Below are positions 50,865 through 64,000 of a stretch of DNA of 64,000 nt, one piece after another. This DNA is from Laetmonice hystrix (taxonomy: Eukaryota), in the NCBI GenBank assembly GCA_965235115.1, contig OZ249436.1, positions 33,358,001-33,422,000 of the forward strand. The letters are read 5' to 3'. Position numbers and translations under genes: made by a program. A model generated the notes under the pieces. That model was given only the letters and a program-made list of their open reading frames with translations. It had not been told where the DNA came from and made no database searches. Each line of letters opens with the position of its first letter. Position 1 is the stretch's first letter.

Positions 50865-51876
50865 ATAGACAGGAACGACCGAGTGTGCTGATACGGAAAG
50901 CTGTATCGGACGAGGCGGCAAGCGCGGAGTAATATCAGCACGAGCCCGATAGGGCGAGTGCTGATGTAAAACTCCGCGCTTGCCGCCGAGTCCGATACAG
51001 CTTTCCGTATCAGCACACGAGTTTGTTCCTGTTTTTATTACCCCTTTCTACAATGTAACGGATATTATGTGACTAAGAAATAACATTTTAACAAGATCAA
51101 GAGGAAAAACCATCCTAGGTCTATGATCTATATACTTGAAGCAACAAACGTCACCGTCCTTTGTTATTTGTGACGTCGTCGTTTGTTCAAAATCGATCTA
51201 TGCGCTAGGCAACAAACGTCATCATCGTTTGTTATTTGTGACGTCGTCGTTTGTTATCAGTGACGTAACTTAAACTTTGTAGAGGGGAAACTGTCCACCG
51301 ACTCCTCCGCTAGATCGACTAAATCATGTATTTCAAGACGTCCGAAAGTTTGCTAAGCTTGAGAACTTTTGAATTATGCACAAAAAACGTAGAGAACGAG
51401 TTCAGTAAGAGTTCTGAGGACTGCTGAGTCAGTTTAATTCAGTATTGTCTGTCCCAGTTTTCGGCGAAGACGGTCTAAATTAGGCCACGCCCCCTCAATG
51501 AAATACTCACCACTGATTGGTCATAAAACTCGGTCAAGGTGTATCTGGGTCAGTGAAGGCGACTGATACAGGATTTCGAATATCTGTATCACACGCCTCC
51601 CTAACCAATCAGTGAGCTTCGTTTAGAACTGTGCTGATACAGATTCCGTATCAGCACAGTAGCTTTAGCCAATCAGATTGCTCCGTTCACCCCAAAGGGG
51701 GAATAAAAACAGGAACAAACTCGTGTGCTGATACGGAAAGCTGTATCGGACTCGGCGGCAAGCGCGGAGTTTTACATCAGCACTCGCCCTATCGGGCTCG
51801 TGCTGATATTACTCCGCGCTTGCCGCCTCGTCCGATACAGCTTTCCGTATCAGCACACTCGGTCGTTCCTGTCTAT
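50865..51876. mobile_element. 1012-bp non-coding element with identical 175-bp TIRs that are themselves quasi-palindromes (possibly Crypton-associated)
   Basis: 50865-51039 is the exact reverse complement of 51702-51876; each folds on itself around GCCC-GATA-GGGC; AT-rich flanks, no clear TSD. Confidence 0.85.
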
Positions 51877-52379
51877 ATATCGGTGCTATTATGCAGCTAT
51901 AATGGCCAGGGTAAGTTATAGTATGGTCTGGGCATAGGTGAACCGGATTACATCCATCTCTTGGTTGATACTCTTCTATATGATGCGACACAAGTTGTCT
52001 TTGAAGTCATCAACATATGATATTGTGGCTCTATACGTGTTTCTCGAAAGTGGTCCTTTATCTGTTAAAACCTGAGGCAGAAAGCCGAAAAATTAATTTA
52101 CGTATCATTTAATGTATTGTCCAGAGTGCTTTTGACTCCTGTGAGCCCATTTGATGTGGCGCAGCTCCGGTAAGGCACCCAGGAAATATTTGTGATCGCT
52201 ATCTGTCATTTGCGAGCTGTCATTTGCGAGATGATGACTTCCGAGGGCGGCGATTCTGTATTGTAATGACTTTATTGTCACTCTGGCTTATGCCTCTGTA
52301 TAAAAGTGTACCTTCTTCTAGGATAGTATAGAGTACAACAGGGAAAAAACTCCCAAATCAATGCGAATGGTATTAACGC

Positions 52380-52820
52380 ACCTTGAACTGGAAGGACATG
52401 GCGCAGCAAGAGAGGTAGGCTGTTCAAGGTTGAAGGAAAGTATGCGGCAACCGAAGGGTATAGTTTAAGCCTTCTTTTTCTATCAATATGCTTAGTCAGA
52501 TGTCTGTAGCCTATACTCAAAGTCGGTGGGTGAAGGTGACAAGGGCCCCTTCCTGATTTTAGTTCAGGGGCTTGTCATTGAGTGCAGCGATAAGTTGTAA
52601 AGTCGCCATTGCTTCACGTAAACCCATTGGTTCTGGTAACTTTCAGACCTTTTTTTTATATGGTGCGTTGCAGTATCCAGGTATTAAACCTGCGGCTTTG
52701 CGTAATGATGAGAGGGCATTGATGTGTTGAGAATGTGAAGCTTGGTTCGTGGTGCGGCCAGGAGGAACAATTGATGATGACCTTCAATAGAGACCGCTCG
52801 GGTTTGGGGATATGGGATGA
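52380..52820 (-). mobile_element. Scraps of L2/CR1-type LINE ORF2 3' end
   Basis: Frameshifted LIPYP..R..LRSSS..LLAAPRTKL and SVAA....LNSLPLLLRH resemble the L2/CR1 C-terminal consensus. Confidence 0.4.
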
Positions 52821-55800
52821 GCTTACAGAACCTGGCGCCCGCCACATCCGAGCGCAGCGGCTGCCACCACACACCGCTCAGGGTTAGCCCTGGCCAGATG
52901 CCAGGGGTCGGGCAACGGGGCGCGATGGCTTTAATGACACCTCAATGGCAAGGCATCTCCAATCTCGATTGATGAAAGAGACAGCCATTGTTGTCTGTGG
53001 TGCATTGTTTCATAACGTATAGTCCGGGAGAGCACCGCCCAGTGATCCTGTTATCGCCGGCCAAAGATGATGTTGAGAGGATAAATGAACCTGTTCAGCT
53101 GGGATTCCCGAATGATTAAACCATGGTGTGTAATGGGAGGCCAGGTGAAAGCTACGATCTTACTGCCATGGATCATAATGCAGGGAGACTATCTGCCAAT
53201 AGGAATCGGTACGTTGTCGCTATCATTATTTCTGCCCGCTGAATTGGGCAAGTCGAGAGGTTGCTGGAACCGAGCACACAGCTAAAGGTCAGCTTGCAGT
53301 GGGTGGAGTACTTATTGCTTGATGTGGAATGTGACACTGGCCCAACAATCCGATTGTGGTGCAAGATATAAATGCTTGGATATGCGGAGGTCAGCATCAT
53401 ATGAGAGTTTTTATTTCCGTCCATTTCACATATGTACTATATATGATGCATGAAAAAAGAAGTTATATAAAGACTGTACAATATTATTTAATAAGAGAGA
53501 TGCCATATGTAAGGCCAATAGGAAGAGGAATTGCTCGGTCATCCGTGGCAATAATTTCGAACTCAAACTCTTATTTTAAAGAGGACATCTTGGATTTACA
53601 AATAGTATTTTGTTAATTTAAAAGGTATTCTGTAGTTTTCAGATATATTATAGCAAACAGGTATCCTTTTGTATACACTGATAATGTATAATGCGCGCAA
53701 GTCTTCCGATTCAATTCTGTAAAACTTCTCAACGGGTCAACGTTTTCAGTAGAGTTGCTTACAGTGCCTTATATTGACCTAAAAACTTGTGTCGAGCTGA
53801 ATGATATGTCCTATAGGTTCCAGAGTTATATCTGACATTACCCTTCAATATGTCATCTATATATAATAAGAACAGGGAGAGCTAGAGGATAGACTCCATT
53901 CCTATCGACTCGGGGCCCATGTACCTAAACTTACTGGTACTTAGAAAAACATTAAGCAGTGTATCTGTCGGTGCCGAGCTAGCGATCCATTGGAGGGAGA
54001 CAGAGCTAAGCTTTTAATTGCTGCAGCTCTCGCTGTTGATACGAGTCTATGATGTTCAGCTTTACCCGATATATCCAACAGTATACGCAGGGTAGCGTTG
54101 GTAGTCGGCGATAACGCTGGAACATACATGGAATGCGGCAAGAATTTTGAGGGGCCATATGATGTCATCTACAGGCTAAAAAACAGTTTATTGTGGTGAT
54201 GAATACAGGCGCGGTGAATGCCCGCCATTTATAAGGAGTTATGAATGTATGTATGTATATGGCTTTATTCATCTCCTGAATGATGGTGTGTCATGGTTAT
54301 AACTAGGAATAAATTTCAGGATATCGGTAGTTCTTGGCATACGTGTGGAATTGGTGAGATGTGGCACAGAGACAGACACTGCAGTGGAACGTAAGCTTGA
54401 AACTCGCACACCAAGGCGACCCGACAGCCACTCGACGGCGACCCGACCTGACCCGACTACCCGAAAACCATCCCGATATATTATATCAACGTCCTATTTT
54501 ACTTTTTTGCGTTTAAATATATATGTAGAAAACCTATATTCACCTGAAACTCTATTTTGCCTTGTTTTAAGGGTGCACTAAAGCATATTCCTGGGGCCTT
54601 TATTTATATAATCTCTTTGACAGTAATCCAATGTTAATACTGCCCTCTATTACCCTTCTCGAGGCTAGAACTAACCCTGTGAACAAACCTTTTATTTCAC
54701 TCCCCAGCCTCAAGGCCGCCTCTTGATGATCGTTTTAATGGCAGTATTAACCCAACATGTGCTCGGTCGTCGAAAGTAAAAGCATCTGGTGAATGTTTGG
54801 CCGTAATTGAGAACTCGGTATACATCAATTTGCTACTAGGATAACGTTACTGAATCATGAGGGATTTGAATGCTTCTACAACATGCCAGCCTTATATAAC
54901 TCCGCAACACTCTGGGGGCTCACGTACATCACTACAACAATGAGTGCCGTGCTGTTAGGAGCGGAAAAGACACGGACATTAACAACTGCGAAATTGGAAT
55001 GAGACTTGCATGACCAGACGCCGAATACGTCATCCTCATCCTCAGTACATATCATATAATTAATCAGTTTAGAAATGGTGGTAGCATTCTCTACCGCAGT
55101 TCTTTTAAAAATTTCTGACAAAAGCACTGTTCAAGGCAGCATATTCATCTAGGTATTTCATTGAGGATAATTGCTCTTTTTATTATCTTTCATTCCGCCA
55201 GCCATTGTAGTTGAGTGTAATGTTGAGTAGAGAGTGCGTTTTTATTCGGTAAAAGTTATCAAAACGAAATAAAAGAGTGAATTGTGATGTGACAGCTGGT
55301 ATCTGTAATTGTTTCGCCCCCATTTTGAACGTGTCGTATATATCCTTTCATTACTCGATATAAGTATACTGAAATAGTTAAATTATTGCTGTATTCATAT
55401 AAGCAAAGTCCTCAGGAAAAAGAAAATGCAATATAATTATGTTGGATGGAAACATCCACATCAAACAGCATTTGTGGCCGTGCAGTATAGCGTTAATACC
55501 ATTTGAGATCGACATGATAATCTACAAGTAGTGAAGGATATGCAATTATGTTGCTTTCAATTATTTAAACATTTTAAGTCTTTGTCCTAATTAAAAATGA
55601 TGAAATCTTATCACGTGTTGTCGATCGATTCGCCTGTTTAGTGACACCGAATCCACTAATGTGCAAATATTTAATCAGATTGTAGGGGATGTAAAATGTG
55701 GAAAAAATTATCAACAAAGCTGTGCAAACTTTGTGCTGGCTGGCGGCCGTGGAAACTCATGGCGTGTGATAGGATGGAGTGTGTGTGGGGGTTGGGTGAG

Positions 55801-58774
55801 GGCTGTAACAGGGGGGAGCTGTTCCCTGAACAGTGGCATGATAAACCCTCGCCGGTTATTGACCTACCTTCTAGTCACGAGCTCAATGTCAGTCCTCCTA
55901 CTGGTAGTCCAAAGTGATGTGGCCTGCTAGATTTCAGCTAAAATAAAGTCAAGGACTTTCTCTATTATAGCCTGGCCTATGTGTGTGGAGGTCACGGCAG
56001 GCTCTGATGAGCTTTGTATCGGTGGTTCCGCACTATTCTGGTGGAGAGCCATACTTTTAGGTAGATATTCTCTTTACAGTTGTTTCTTCATATCAACAGT
56101 ACGGTTCCCCTTTGAAGAATTGTTTTTCCTGATGAATTCTGGTAATTTCTTCTATATTGTGTTGTGAGGGCTCCATGCAGTGTTGTCACTTGTTGATTTA
56201 GTATCGGTCACATTACTTCGAGCGATAAGAAATTCCACTGGATAAATAACTCTTCAGCCGGTAAGGTATGCTCCTTGCTTTATCAAGTTAACAGCACAGT
56301 GCCCGATACCACGGGTACTTTCCCTATACTACTATCCTGATCACGCCTGCCGTAAAATATCGAGTCTGTGCTGATAGAGGCCCTCGGCCGACCGTGAGAG
56401 ATCTTGCATAGTGACAGCCAGCCTGAAGAGAGCTTAGAGGGTCTACTTCTTGATGGCACCTATCAAAACTCCGCTTCAGGTCAAAGCCTCGCCGTTTTAA
56501 ATCACAAAGTCCATAGCTTTGTGTTGAGTGTGAGCCTGGAAGTGTTCAGACATGACTGGATGGCGCTCCTGGGTGCTGTAGCAGTGACAGAGGGACGTAC
56601 GTATACGTAAGAGGGGCCAATCGGTTGTGACCACCCCCACTAGCGGGCCCCTGGCTGTCCGCGGCCCACTGACCGACCGCCCGGTGTGCCAAGCTCCGCA
56701 CTTACTCTACTACTATCACTTTCTCCTATTATATATCACACACTGCTCTTCTCCATAGTTATGTCGTAATGCCTGGCTGGCTGGCAGGGGCAATGTTTCT
56801 TATAGCGCCTCTGGTTGCACACTGCCGCCGTGCTTGGCGCTCCTGCTCTTGGTCGAAGCGAGACGGGCGGATTGAGGAGCAGCGGTCCGGCAACACGTGT
56901 TGCCACTGGACTGTGTTGTTGCCTCTTGGGCAGCATCAGGAGAAGTACCCGTGCAGCGTTGACCTCACTGAAGTCAATGTAAGGGATGGGGGTGTGAGAG
57001 ACGGGGACGGGAGGAGAGTGGAGGGATGGATAGCTCTTGTTCTGTACACAGTCCACAGTAGTCACCACAGTGATGTCCAGTCAAGTCTAGATTGTTCCTT
57101 TCACAGCCAGGCTCGCACCAGCCGGGTTGGAACCAGTTTGGATACGTAGCCGTACTTAGTCGCCTGACATAGTTCTCCCTATCTCTCCCCTTCTGTCCAC
57201 ATGGCCGCGCGTTGAGTAGTCGTTTGATGGTGGCTGTCGTACGCACAGGGGCAAACTTTGCTGGAAAACATTCCCAGATCAATCAAGTGGCTGGGACATT
57301 CCACAGGAGCATGTGTGGGCTTCCAGTCAATCCCAGCCACAGGCGTCGTCGTCGTCGTCGTTTGCCAACGTCGTCGTCGTCGATCAAATATTGCAATCAA
57401 TGAAAGCAAGCAGCAGGAATGGCCACAAACACAGGCAATATCATGACCGTGTTTGAATGTGACGAATACAACTATTGCTTAGCATGTAATTACTCCTTGC
57501 CTCTGCCGACGATATGGTTTCGGTCAATGGTATACATTATGTAGTCAGCATCCACTTGTATAGAAGGTGTCGGCCAAGTGCTCTGTGTGAATGAGATTAT
57601 AGAACCGTACTATTGTCTCGTAGAAGCATACATATTGTGATGATTCACAATATGCCAGCATCCAGTGGTTGGTTGCGTCCGTTTTTTTTATAATTGCTAA
57701 ACGTGCGAATGGGGGCACATGAAAAGAAGTGGTTCCAGACATCGGCCTTTACGATTCTTCTCGAAAACGATTGCACAACGGTCTTGCACACCTTGACCTT
57801 TTAATTAGTTGGATTCGTGAATTGTCTCAAGAATGTTTACAAGAGTGTTTTCTTTCTATCGACGTTTATAGAAAACTTTATAGACAGTACTCAGGCCACG
57901 GCCAAGGAACCAAAAGAGAGCTCTCGCTTCAGGCCTCTGTTAGATTTCAAAACGGATCGCACCACGAGTTTTCTTTGACCTCGACACGTCGTGACCGGGC
58001 TCCTTTTAAAGAGTAGTATTTCAACCCTGTCTATGGGATAGCCCGTACTTGGAAGCATGATGCTGTTAATGCCTTGTCGTCCTGTCAGAGAAGCAGTACT
58101 CCTGTTCGGAAGCACTAAGAGGTCCCGATCAGCTGTTTGCCGCTGGCGATTGTATTAAAGTAACGTGGCTGTCGTCCCTGTAATGGCCATTGGCCAGACA
58201 CCTGCCACCACCAGATCTACGTGGTTCACATTTCAGAGTGCATCATTCCGCACTCGGATCCTTCCCTCATGTACCAGTGCTGCCACCTCTAGGCCATCGA
58301 AGACGACTAGATCCCTAAAGCCAATCTTCTCAGTGGCCTCTATCCTGGCAAGCTGTTTGGGCATGAAACGCTCAATTGATTTTGCGTGGATGACTGTATC
58401 ATACTGAGCATGTTCAACATATTGTTCTTTCTGTCAAATAAAATAAGGGGGCTCCTAGTTCTTCCGTTGTGGTCAAGTGCATTCTTGAAGTAGACCGGTG
58501 TCAGATGCCATATGGTCCCCCGTGCAAAATGGCCCTAGCGGACCTTTCTGCACTGTGCAAAAGGGTCCCCCATCGTCCAGTTTGGTCCCCATATAAGTAA
58601 CTAAGGTCGTGCTATAGATCTATGAATGTATTAGGATAAATCAGGGGCTTTATTCAGGTGTCTGTGCATAAATACAAATTAAAGTTTGAGTGACCTTTAA
58701 TGCGTTTTTTTTGGCGTAGCGGAGTAGTGTACATAATTAACGAAGGAACAGAACAAAGGCTGATTATAAGACAG

Positions 58775-59075
58775 GGTTGGGGACCAAAATACATGTGCAA
58801 TGTGGCCCGCTAATCATGCGTCAATGCAAGGGATGGGGGACCAATATGCATGTGCAATGTGCCCCCCCCCCCCCGCCGCGCATGTCTCCATGCAAGGGAT
58901 GGGGGAACCAAAATGCATGTGCAATGTGCCCCCTATTCATATGTCCATGCAAGGGATGCAGGACCAAATCCATGTGCAATGTTCCCCCTAACCTTGTTTC
59001 CATACAAGAGATGCGGGACCAAGATGCTTGTGCAATGTGGTACCATGTGTCCGTGGGAGGGATGGGGACCAAAGT
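58775..59075. repeat. Degenerate 50-66-bp tandem array, ~5 units (probably a transposon subterminal array)
   Basis: Recurrent GGGACCAAA.TGCATGTGCAATGTG...CCATGCAAGGGATG; inverted GGTCCCC motifs at 58510-58590. Confidence 0.75.
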
Positions 59076-59319
59076 GTGTTCCCACTTATCGCCAGGCCGC
59101 ATTTTTTCGTTTATCTCTGCGAGTATTAGCGCTGCATGACATCATGGCACACGGGCATCCAGACAAGCGCGGGAGGTGGGTGGGTAGGGGTGTTACCAAG
59201 TAGAAAGGGCATGTCAATGTGGCACACCCGCCACTCTCTAATACTGGCAGATAATTTTCCAGACTGCAGTGCGCATTAAAGAGACCCATTGCGAACAATA
59301 TTAAAATGTACAAAATGCA

Positions 59320-59320
<1 letters not shown>

Positions 59321-59366
<46 letters not shown>

Positions 59367-59388
59367 GCAACAACAACAACAACAACAA
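59321..59388. repeat. (AAC)n microsatellite with one interruption
   Basis: Directly visible. Confidence 0.97.
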
Positions 59389-62300
59389 AACACCCTCAAA
59401 CCTCAACCTTGGCCGTATAGTGGATTAAATGAAGACATAAATAAAAGTATTTGAAATGTCAGCATAATAGACAAATATCAAGAATGAATTTTTCTCTACT
59501 TACATCTTTAACTACGACCAACCGTGCACCACGTCAAAATCCATAAGGTCCTTATACCATACCTGGGGATTTAGCCTCTGTTTCTAACCCTTATGGCCTG
59601 TACTTCAACCCCCCTTTTCTGAGTAGATGTCGGAGGTGTTGGGAGCAGCTGCATTTGTTGCATTGCTCTAAGGCCGGTCGATATGATAAAGCCTGCTGTG
59701 GAACTTTAACAAAGAGAGAAACTTTGCCCGAAAGTTTGTCATCGCTAATCAGCTGTTGCCACCTGTAAAGCGAACATAGACTAACACCTGTAGTACAGAC
59801 AACGCCTCCAGGGCGACATGCCATATACAAGTAGTGCCCGGAAAGTTTACTATATAGACCTCAAGACGTAGCGCTGTCTGGTTCGGTTGGGTACGGTTTA
59901 AGGTGAGGAGAATGAGGCAGGCGCTGCCTGTGATCAGCATCCGTAAGTCGCCAAGTGTCTCGGTGTACAGTTGTGTACATCACACACTTGGAGCTTGACG
60001 TCACTGGTTCAGTGCACGAAGAACGTAACAACGTGGAGGTGTTGCTTAAAGCGTTAAAGGCACGGGCGTATAGGCATAGTAGAGGTCGTAGATGTCAGGA
60101 CTGGGACTGTTACCATGATTAAAGCCGGTGCTCTATACGGTGTGCGAATACTTGGTGCTCACCGGAGTGGGGAAGTCGGTGAAGACGAGGGCGGAGATGT
60201 GTCTCTTTTTGAGTTGGTACTGATGAGGCATTTGGTGGTTTAACGGCCAGTCGGCAGTGTTTTAGCCATATTCAGGGCAGGAATGTAGTGTTTTAACTTT
60301 TATTAAGTTGGTCGGTGTTACCTATTTTTACTCTGCATCCGAGGAAGTAAGAAAAAAACATGTCACCAGAGGCAGTCCCCAGTAATAATTGGTACTCGAA
60401 TTACGCAGTGCTGCATCCGCCACTCCACTACTTCGCAACACCAGCCGTCGCCCCATTCATCCCCTCTTTCGAAGAGCAAGGGAGTGCTGGCCGTTCTGAT
60501 ACCAAGTACCCACGGAAATAGCATTGATAACATTCATATCATTTGCCATTTGGATACACTATGGGTACACTGGTGTACTGTGTATCATGAATGGGTAATA
60601 ATCCTGCACCATGTGTGGCTATAGCGTGGCTAGATTTGATCATATCATACTTACGATGGTATATGGCTGGGCGTTAAGGTGTGTAGGCTGGTAGCCTCAA
60701 CCCCAGCTAGCAGCATCAGGTGTCAGGTATTTATTACCTAAGTCCCGGGACACCTGTCGCCTCAAGTGTCTCTGAGGTGAGAGGTAGTAGTCGTGAGTGG
60801 TGGCCAGTGCCAGTGTGGAGGAGGGGGGGGGGGGGGGTGATGCAAGGGGAGGGGTGGTGGGGGTGGTGGTGGTGTAGGGGCCGAGGAGAGTTGGGGGTTT
60901 ACGTGGAGGATATATCAGGGGCAGGGTGTGTAAGGCATACACTGTTGGACAGGCTGTCCTGGGGACGTTGTTGTATCCACACTACTAATGGTATTAGCCT
61001 GCCGCCTGACTATAGTCCCGGCCCCGTCTCCCCTTGCCCGCCGGCCGTAAGGTGGGCGCCCCGTCATTGACCACCACACCCCCCAACCACCACCATCCCA
61101 TTAACGTTACCTGCTCGGGGAGTGCCCAACACAGCCAAACCGTCGCTTATATGGTCCAGCATTTCCCGTGGCTGCTTTATGGATAAATCCGTACGAATTT
61201 CCAAGTTCATTTTTCCGTTCATGTCATAGTGAGCCATTCAAAGTTCGTGGCCTTTTGATGAAGCTCAAAACGAATAATTATCGGGTTACGTTTGAATTTA
61301 TTTTGCAAGAAATATGCCATATCGGCATTCAGTGCGGCAAGAAGATAGCAGTTTGCACTATTTTTTAATGTATTTTTTACTGACCAATCGAAGTAATCCA
61401 GCGGGACATTTTTGATAAAAAAAAAGACAATAAATCTATGAAAAATGTTGAGGCGACTACTGCACTCGCCAAACCTTTGAGTCTACTTGCTATATTGACA
61501 GGGAACTGGTCATGTACCATTCATATAATGGAGGCCGATAATGATTTTTTCAAAATGTACTGTAGTACTTCTCATCATCGTGGTCTAATTCGTATATATT
61601 TATAACGATATTCGAGCAAAGTCACAGAACTGTACACGCAACAGTAAATTGAAAAAACAAATTACCAACAATGCATCACGTATCGTTGGCGCACATATTG
61701 ATGACCCTAGTTGGGGCAGAATTTTTCTATAAAAGTTCTAATTTTAACTAGTTTTCCTGATGTCGTTGGTGAGTAACAGCACTACGGCGGAAGTTAACTT
61801 ACTGTGACGGGAGAAATAGACCACACCCTGTCCCTCCCATATATGTGTTGATGGATTATACCCAATGGTAAAATGATCTATGGCATACCCCTCGGATTAA
61901 GGGATGAGCATCCCACCACCAACACCCCGGTACATGGCTTCATGATTACAATCGATAGGCAAGCTAGAGTCGCACTGTTGTCTTGTTTACTTTCTCGACA
62001 AACTTGTGCTTCTCTGCACGTTTAAGTATGTGTTCTTGGTGAGCGGGGCGTGCCAGGTTACTGTGGGTATGTGCCGGACGGATCCATACTTACTGGCCAG
62101 GTATTGCGCGCTCAGCCAGGTATTGACGGTTTACTGGCACAGTGGGTAAACAATAGGGCTTGCGGTCAGTGAAGCCCATGACAGGACGTAGGGCTGAGGC
62201 ACGGAACTGAGATGAGCTGCCTTCCATCGCATAAAACCCACCCAAACAATGATGTTAGTGATATTAAAATCATATAATTAAAAGCTGACAAGAAGAAGAA

Positions 62301-63244
62301 TAAGAAGGGGGAAATCCGTGAACTAGTGTTATTTTTTTATGTATTTTTTTTTTTTTACCAGTTTGAGGTTTATAATATAATTGAAGTTGGTGGGGGGAGG
62401 GGGGGGGGGGGGGGTTACACAAACCCGAAAGGAAGACAGTTACTTGAGAGGTTTGAATTTTTTATTTAAGTTGGCCTACATGTTTCGGATCTGTACGGAA
62501 TCAGTAGGCCCTATATTATTCTTCGCAAGATTAGCAATATGTTTCAGGTTAATTGAAGTTGTAGGGAAAGTCGTAATTCATACCTGCTGCATGGCTTTCG
62601 TCCTCAGGGCCGCCAATTCCAATATGTAATTGGTCGGAGAATATCGATGGTCAGTCGACCAGTGTGTGGGTGGCAGACACGCAGGAGTGGGCGTGCCAGT
62701 TCTTATTTTTTAAATTCTGTAATAATGATTAAAAAAAATGACCAAAGCGTGGCTATCCTTTTTTCCAACATCAGGGCTTTTTTTGTGTGTCGCAAAAAAA
62801 AACCCCAAAACAAAACAAACAAATTTATAAACAAAACCATACATCCACCATTAAAGGAAATATCTCACGAATTTCAAGTCCTACGTGGCGTTTCAACAAA
62901 AGTATGTCTTCAATGTGGTCTCCGATATGATCCAAATCTTCCCTACCTTTCTCTGTTGGATGACGGGTATTATGTACAAAAAATTCTAAAAGTCGCCAAA
63001 TCTTATTTCAGTCATTGAAAATGACCTATTTTGCTTCTAAGACCCCGGGAGTTGTTTTTCATACTCCTACGCACATGGCAAATTATGGTCTGTGCAAATT
63101 AGAAGCTCTTCTGTCAGTATTTGCAATATAGATGTTCGATTTGTACTAGCGAAAATAGATTTTGAATATTGTCAGCATTATTCTCGGAAAATTACGGATA
63201 CTTTTTTCAAGAATTCTGTCACTACATTCGTTGCAAATGGTTAC

Positions 63245-64000
63245 CAGGGCTGGAATTTCCCACTCGTCCGGCTGCCCGAGACGAGTAAGTTTCGGTCCGG
63301 ACGAGTAAGTCTAGCCCAGTATCTCGTCCGCCGGCCGAGTAACTATTTTGGTTACTGTTGTTTAAAGGGGGTGACCTTTTGGCGGCTCAATCTTTCTCCA
63401 GTGCAGTAACAACAGCGGGGGTCATTTGGCTGGCTCAGCTGACCCCGGCCGTGTGTTTCAACTGGCCACCTGTGTGTCGCCAGAGTGCTCCTTTTGTTCA
63501 CGTGTTTTTGTTTGTTCAGTGTGTGTCCTGAGTGGCTGTCGCAGCATCAGCGTGGCCCCGCTACACTAATCTCTGAGCCAGGTAATCTGCCGACATGCAT
63601 CAACTGGAAACACGTGCCTCCCCCACCAACCAGCATCGTCCCCAAAGCGCTGATTGAATGATGAAAAAAGACGTGATCATGACAGGGACGCCTGTGGAAT
63701 CAGCATGGCCGCAGGAGGCCAGACACAAGGCCTTATGGCCCACGTCATAGAGAAATTCAAAGTCCTGAAAACAACCCCTGTTCTTCTCTGGTGGAGACAA
63801 ATAGCGACTTTTTTGGAAAACCTTGAGAGGGACTTTGACATGTGATTCAATTTGCTGTCCTGATTAACTGAAGCCCAAATCTGAAAAGCATTCAGTGGTC
63901 CATGAAGCCCATAGATCTATATGCTCAAGTTTATTGAACGTTTTTATGTATGACAGAGGTATATGAGGCAAATAACTTGACTGGCTGGTAAATTACGACT
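63245..64000 (+). mobile_element. Left end of a probable hAT-like element, running toward or off the window edge
   Basis: Starts CAGGGCTGGAATTT followed by clustered CTCGTCC/GACGAGT subterminal repeats; no right TIR seen. Confidence 0.45.

Noticed and set aside
50816..51991. Repeated ORFs MLIRKAVSD... on both strands, and mirrored ORFs at 15909/22597 and 16639/21961
   Set aside because: Artefacts of inverted repeats, not genes
54876..55127. ALIVVVMYVSP as a LINE APE endonuclease fragment
   Set aside because: Single weak motif; insufficient support without a search
56965..57000. LTEVNVRDG as SDR42E1 exon 3
   Set aside because: Lacks the GT.N motif and a suitable phase-0 acceptor
59086..59406. 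Poly-Leu signal-peptide-like ORF (likewise the poly-Ala ORF at 28918-29163)
   Set aside because: Translation of microsatellites
62590..62612. Minus-strand CTGAGGA-C-GAAAG hammerhead core
   Set aside because: No stem II between the boxes
62925..63200. DPNLPYLSL and QHYSRK as missing SDR42E1 exons
   Set aside because: Only 4-residue coincidences, in different ORFs, without flanking conservation or splice sites

Overview
Eukaryotic, intron-rich and repeat-rich DNA. The repeat types suggest an invertebrate, probably a lophotrochozoan or similar marine metazoan (inference). Two spliced genes lie head-to-head near the start. STPG2 is on the minus strand (5 coding exons, 3253 to 161, running off the left edge). 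An SDR42E1-like short-chain dehydrogenase is on the plus strand (coding exons 9872-10048 and 12577-12672; I found no further exons in the remaining 51 kb). The rest is non-coding and dominated by non-autonomous DNA transposons. The largest is a 6.8-kb Academ-like element (16024-22793) with ~1.37-kb inverted arms rich in RFX X-box motifs. It carries nested insertions (Helentron/HINE-like > ISL2EU-like relic > 84-bp MITE), a hAT-like element and two tandem tRNA-derived Pol III-type units. A 1-kb element (50865-51876) has identical 175-bp TIRs that are themselves hairpins, and it is fused to an inverted older copy of its own core. There are also several MITEs with 5-, 6-, 8- and 10-bp TSDs, a ~6-kb tandem duplication (37181-48794), minisatellites, microsatellites and LINE scraps. 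No CRISPR array, rRNA or intact tRNA was seen. Almost all ORFs in the six-frame track are spurious.
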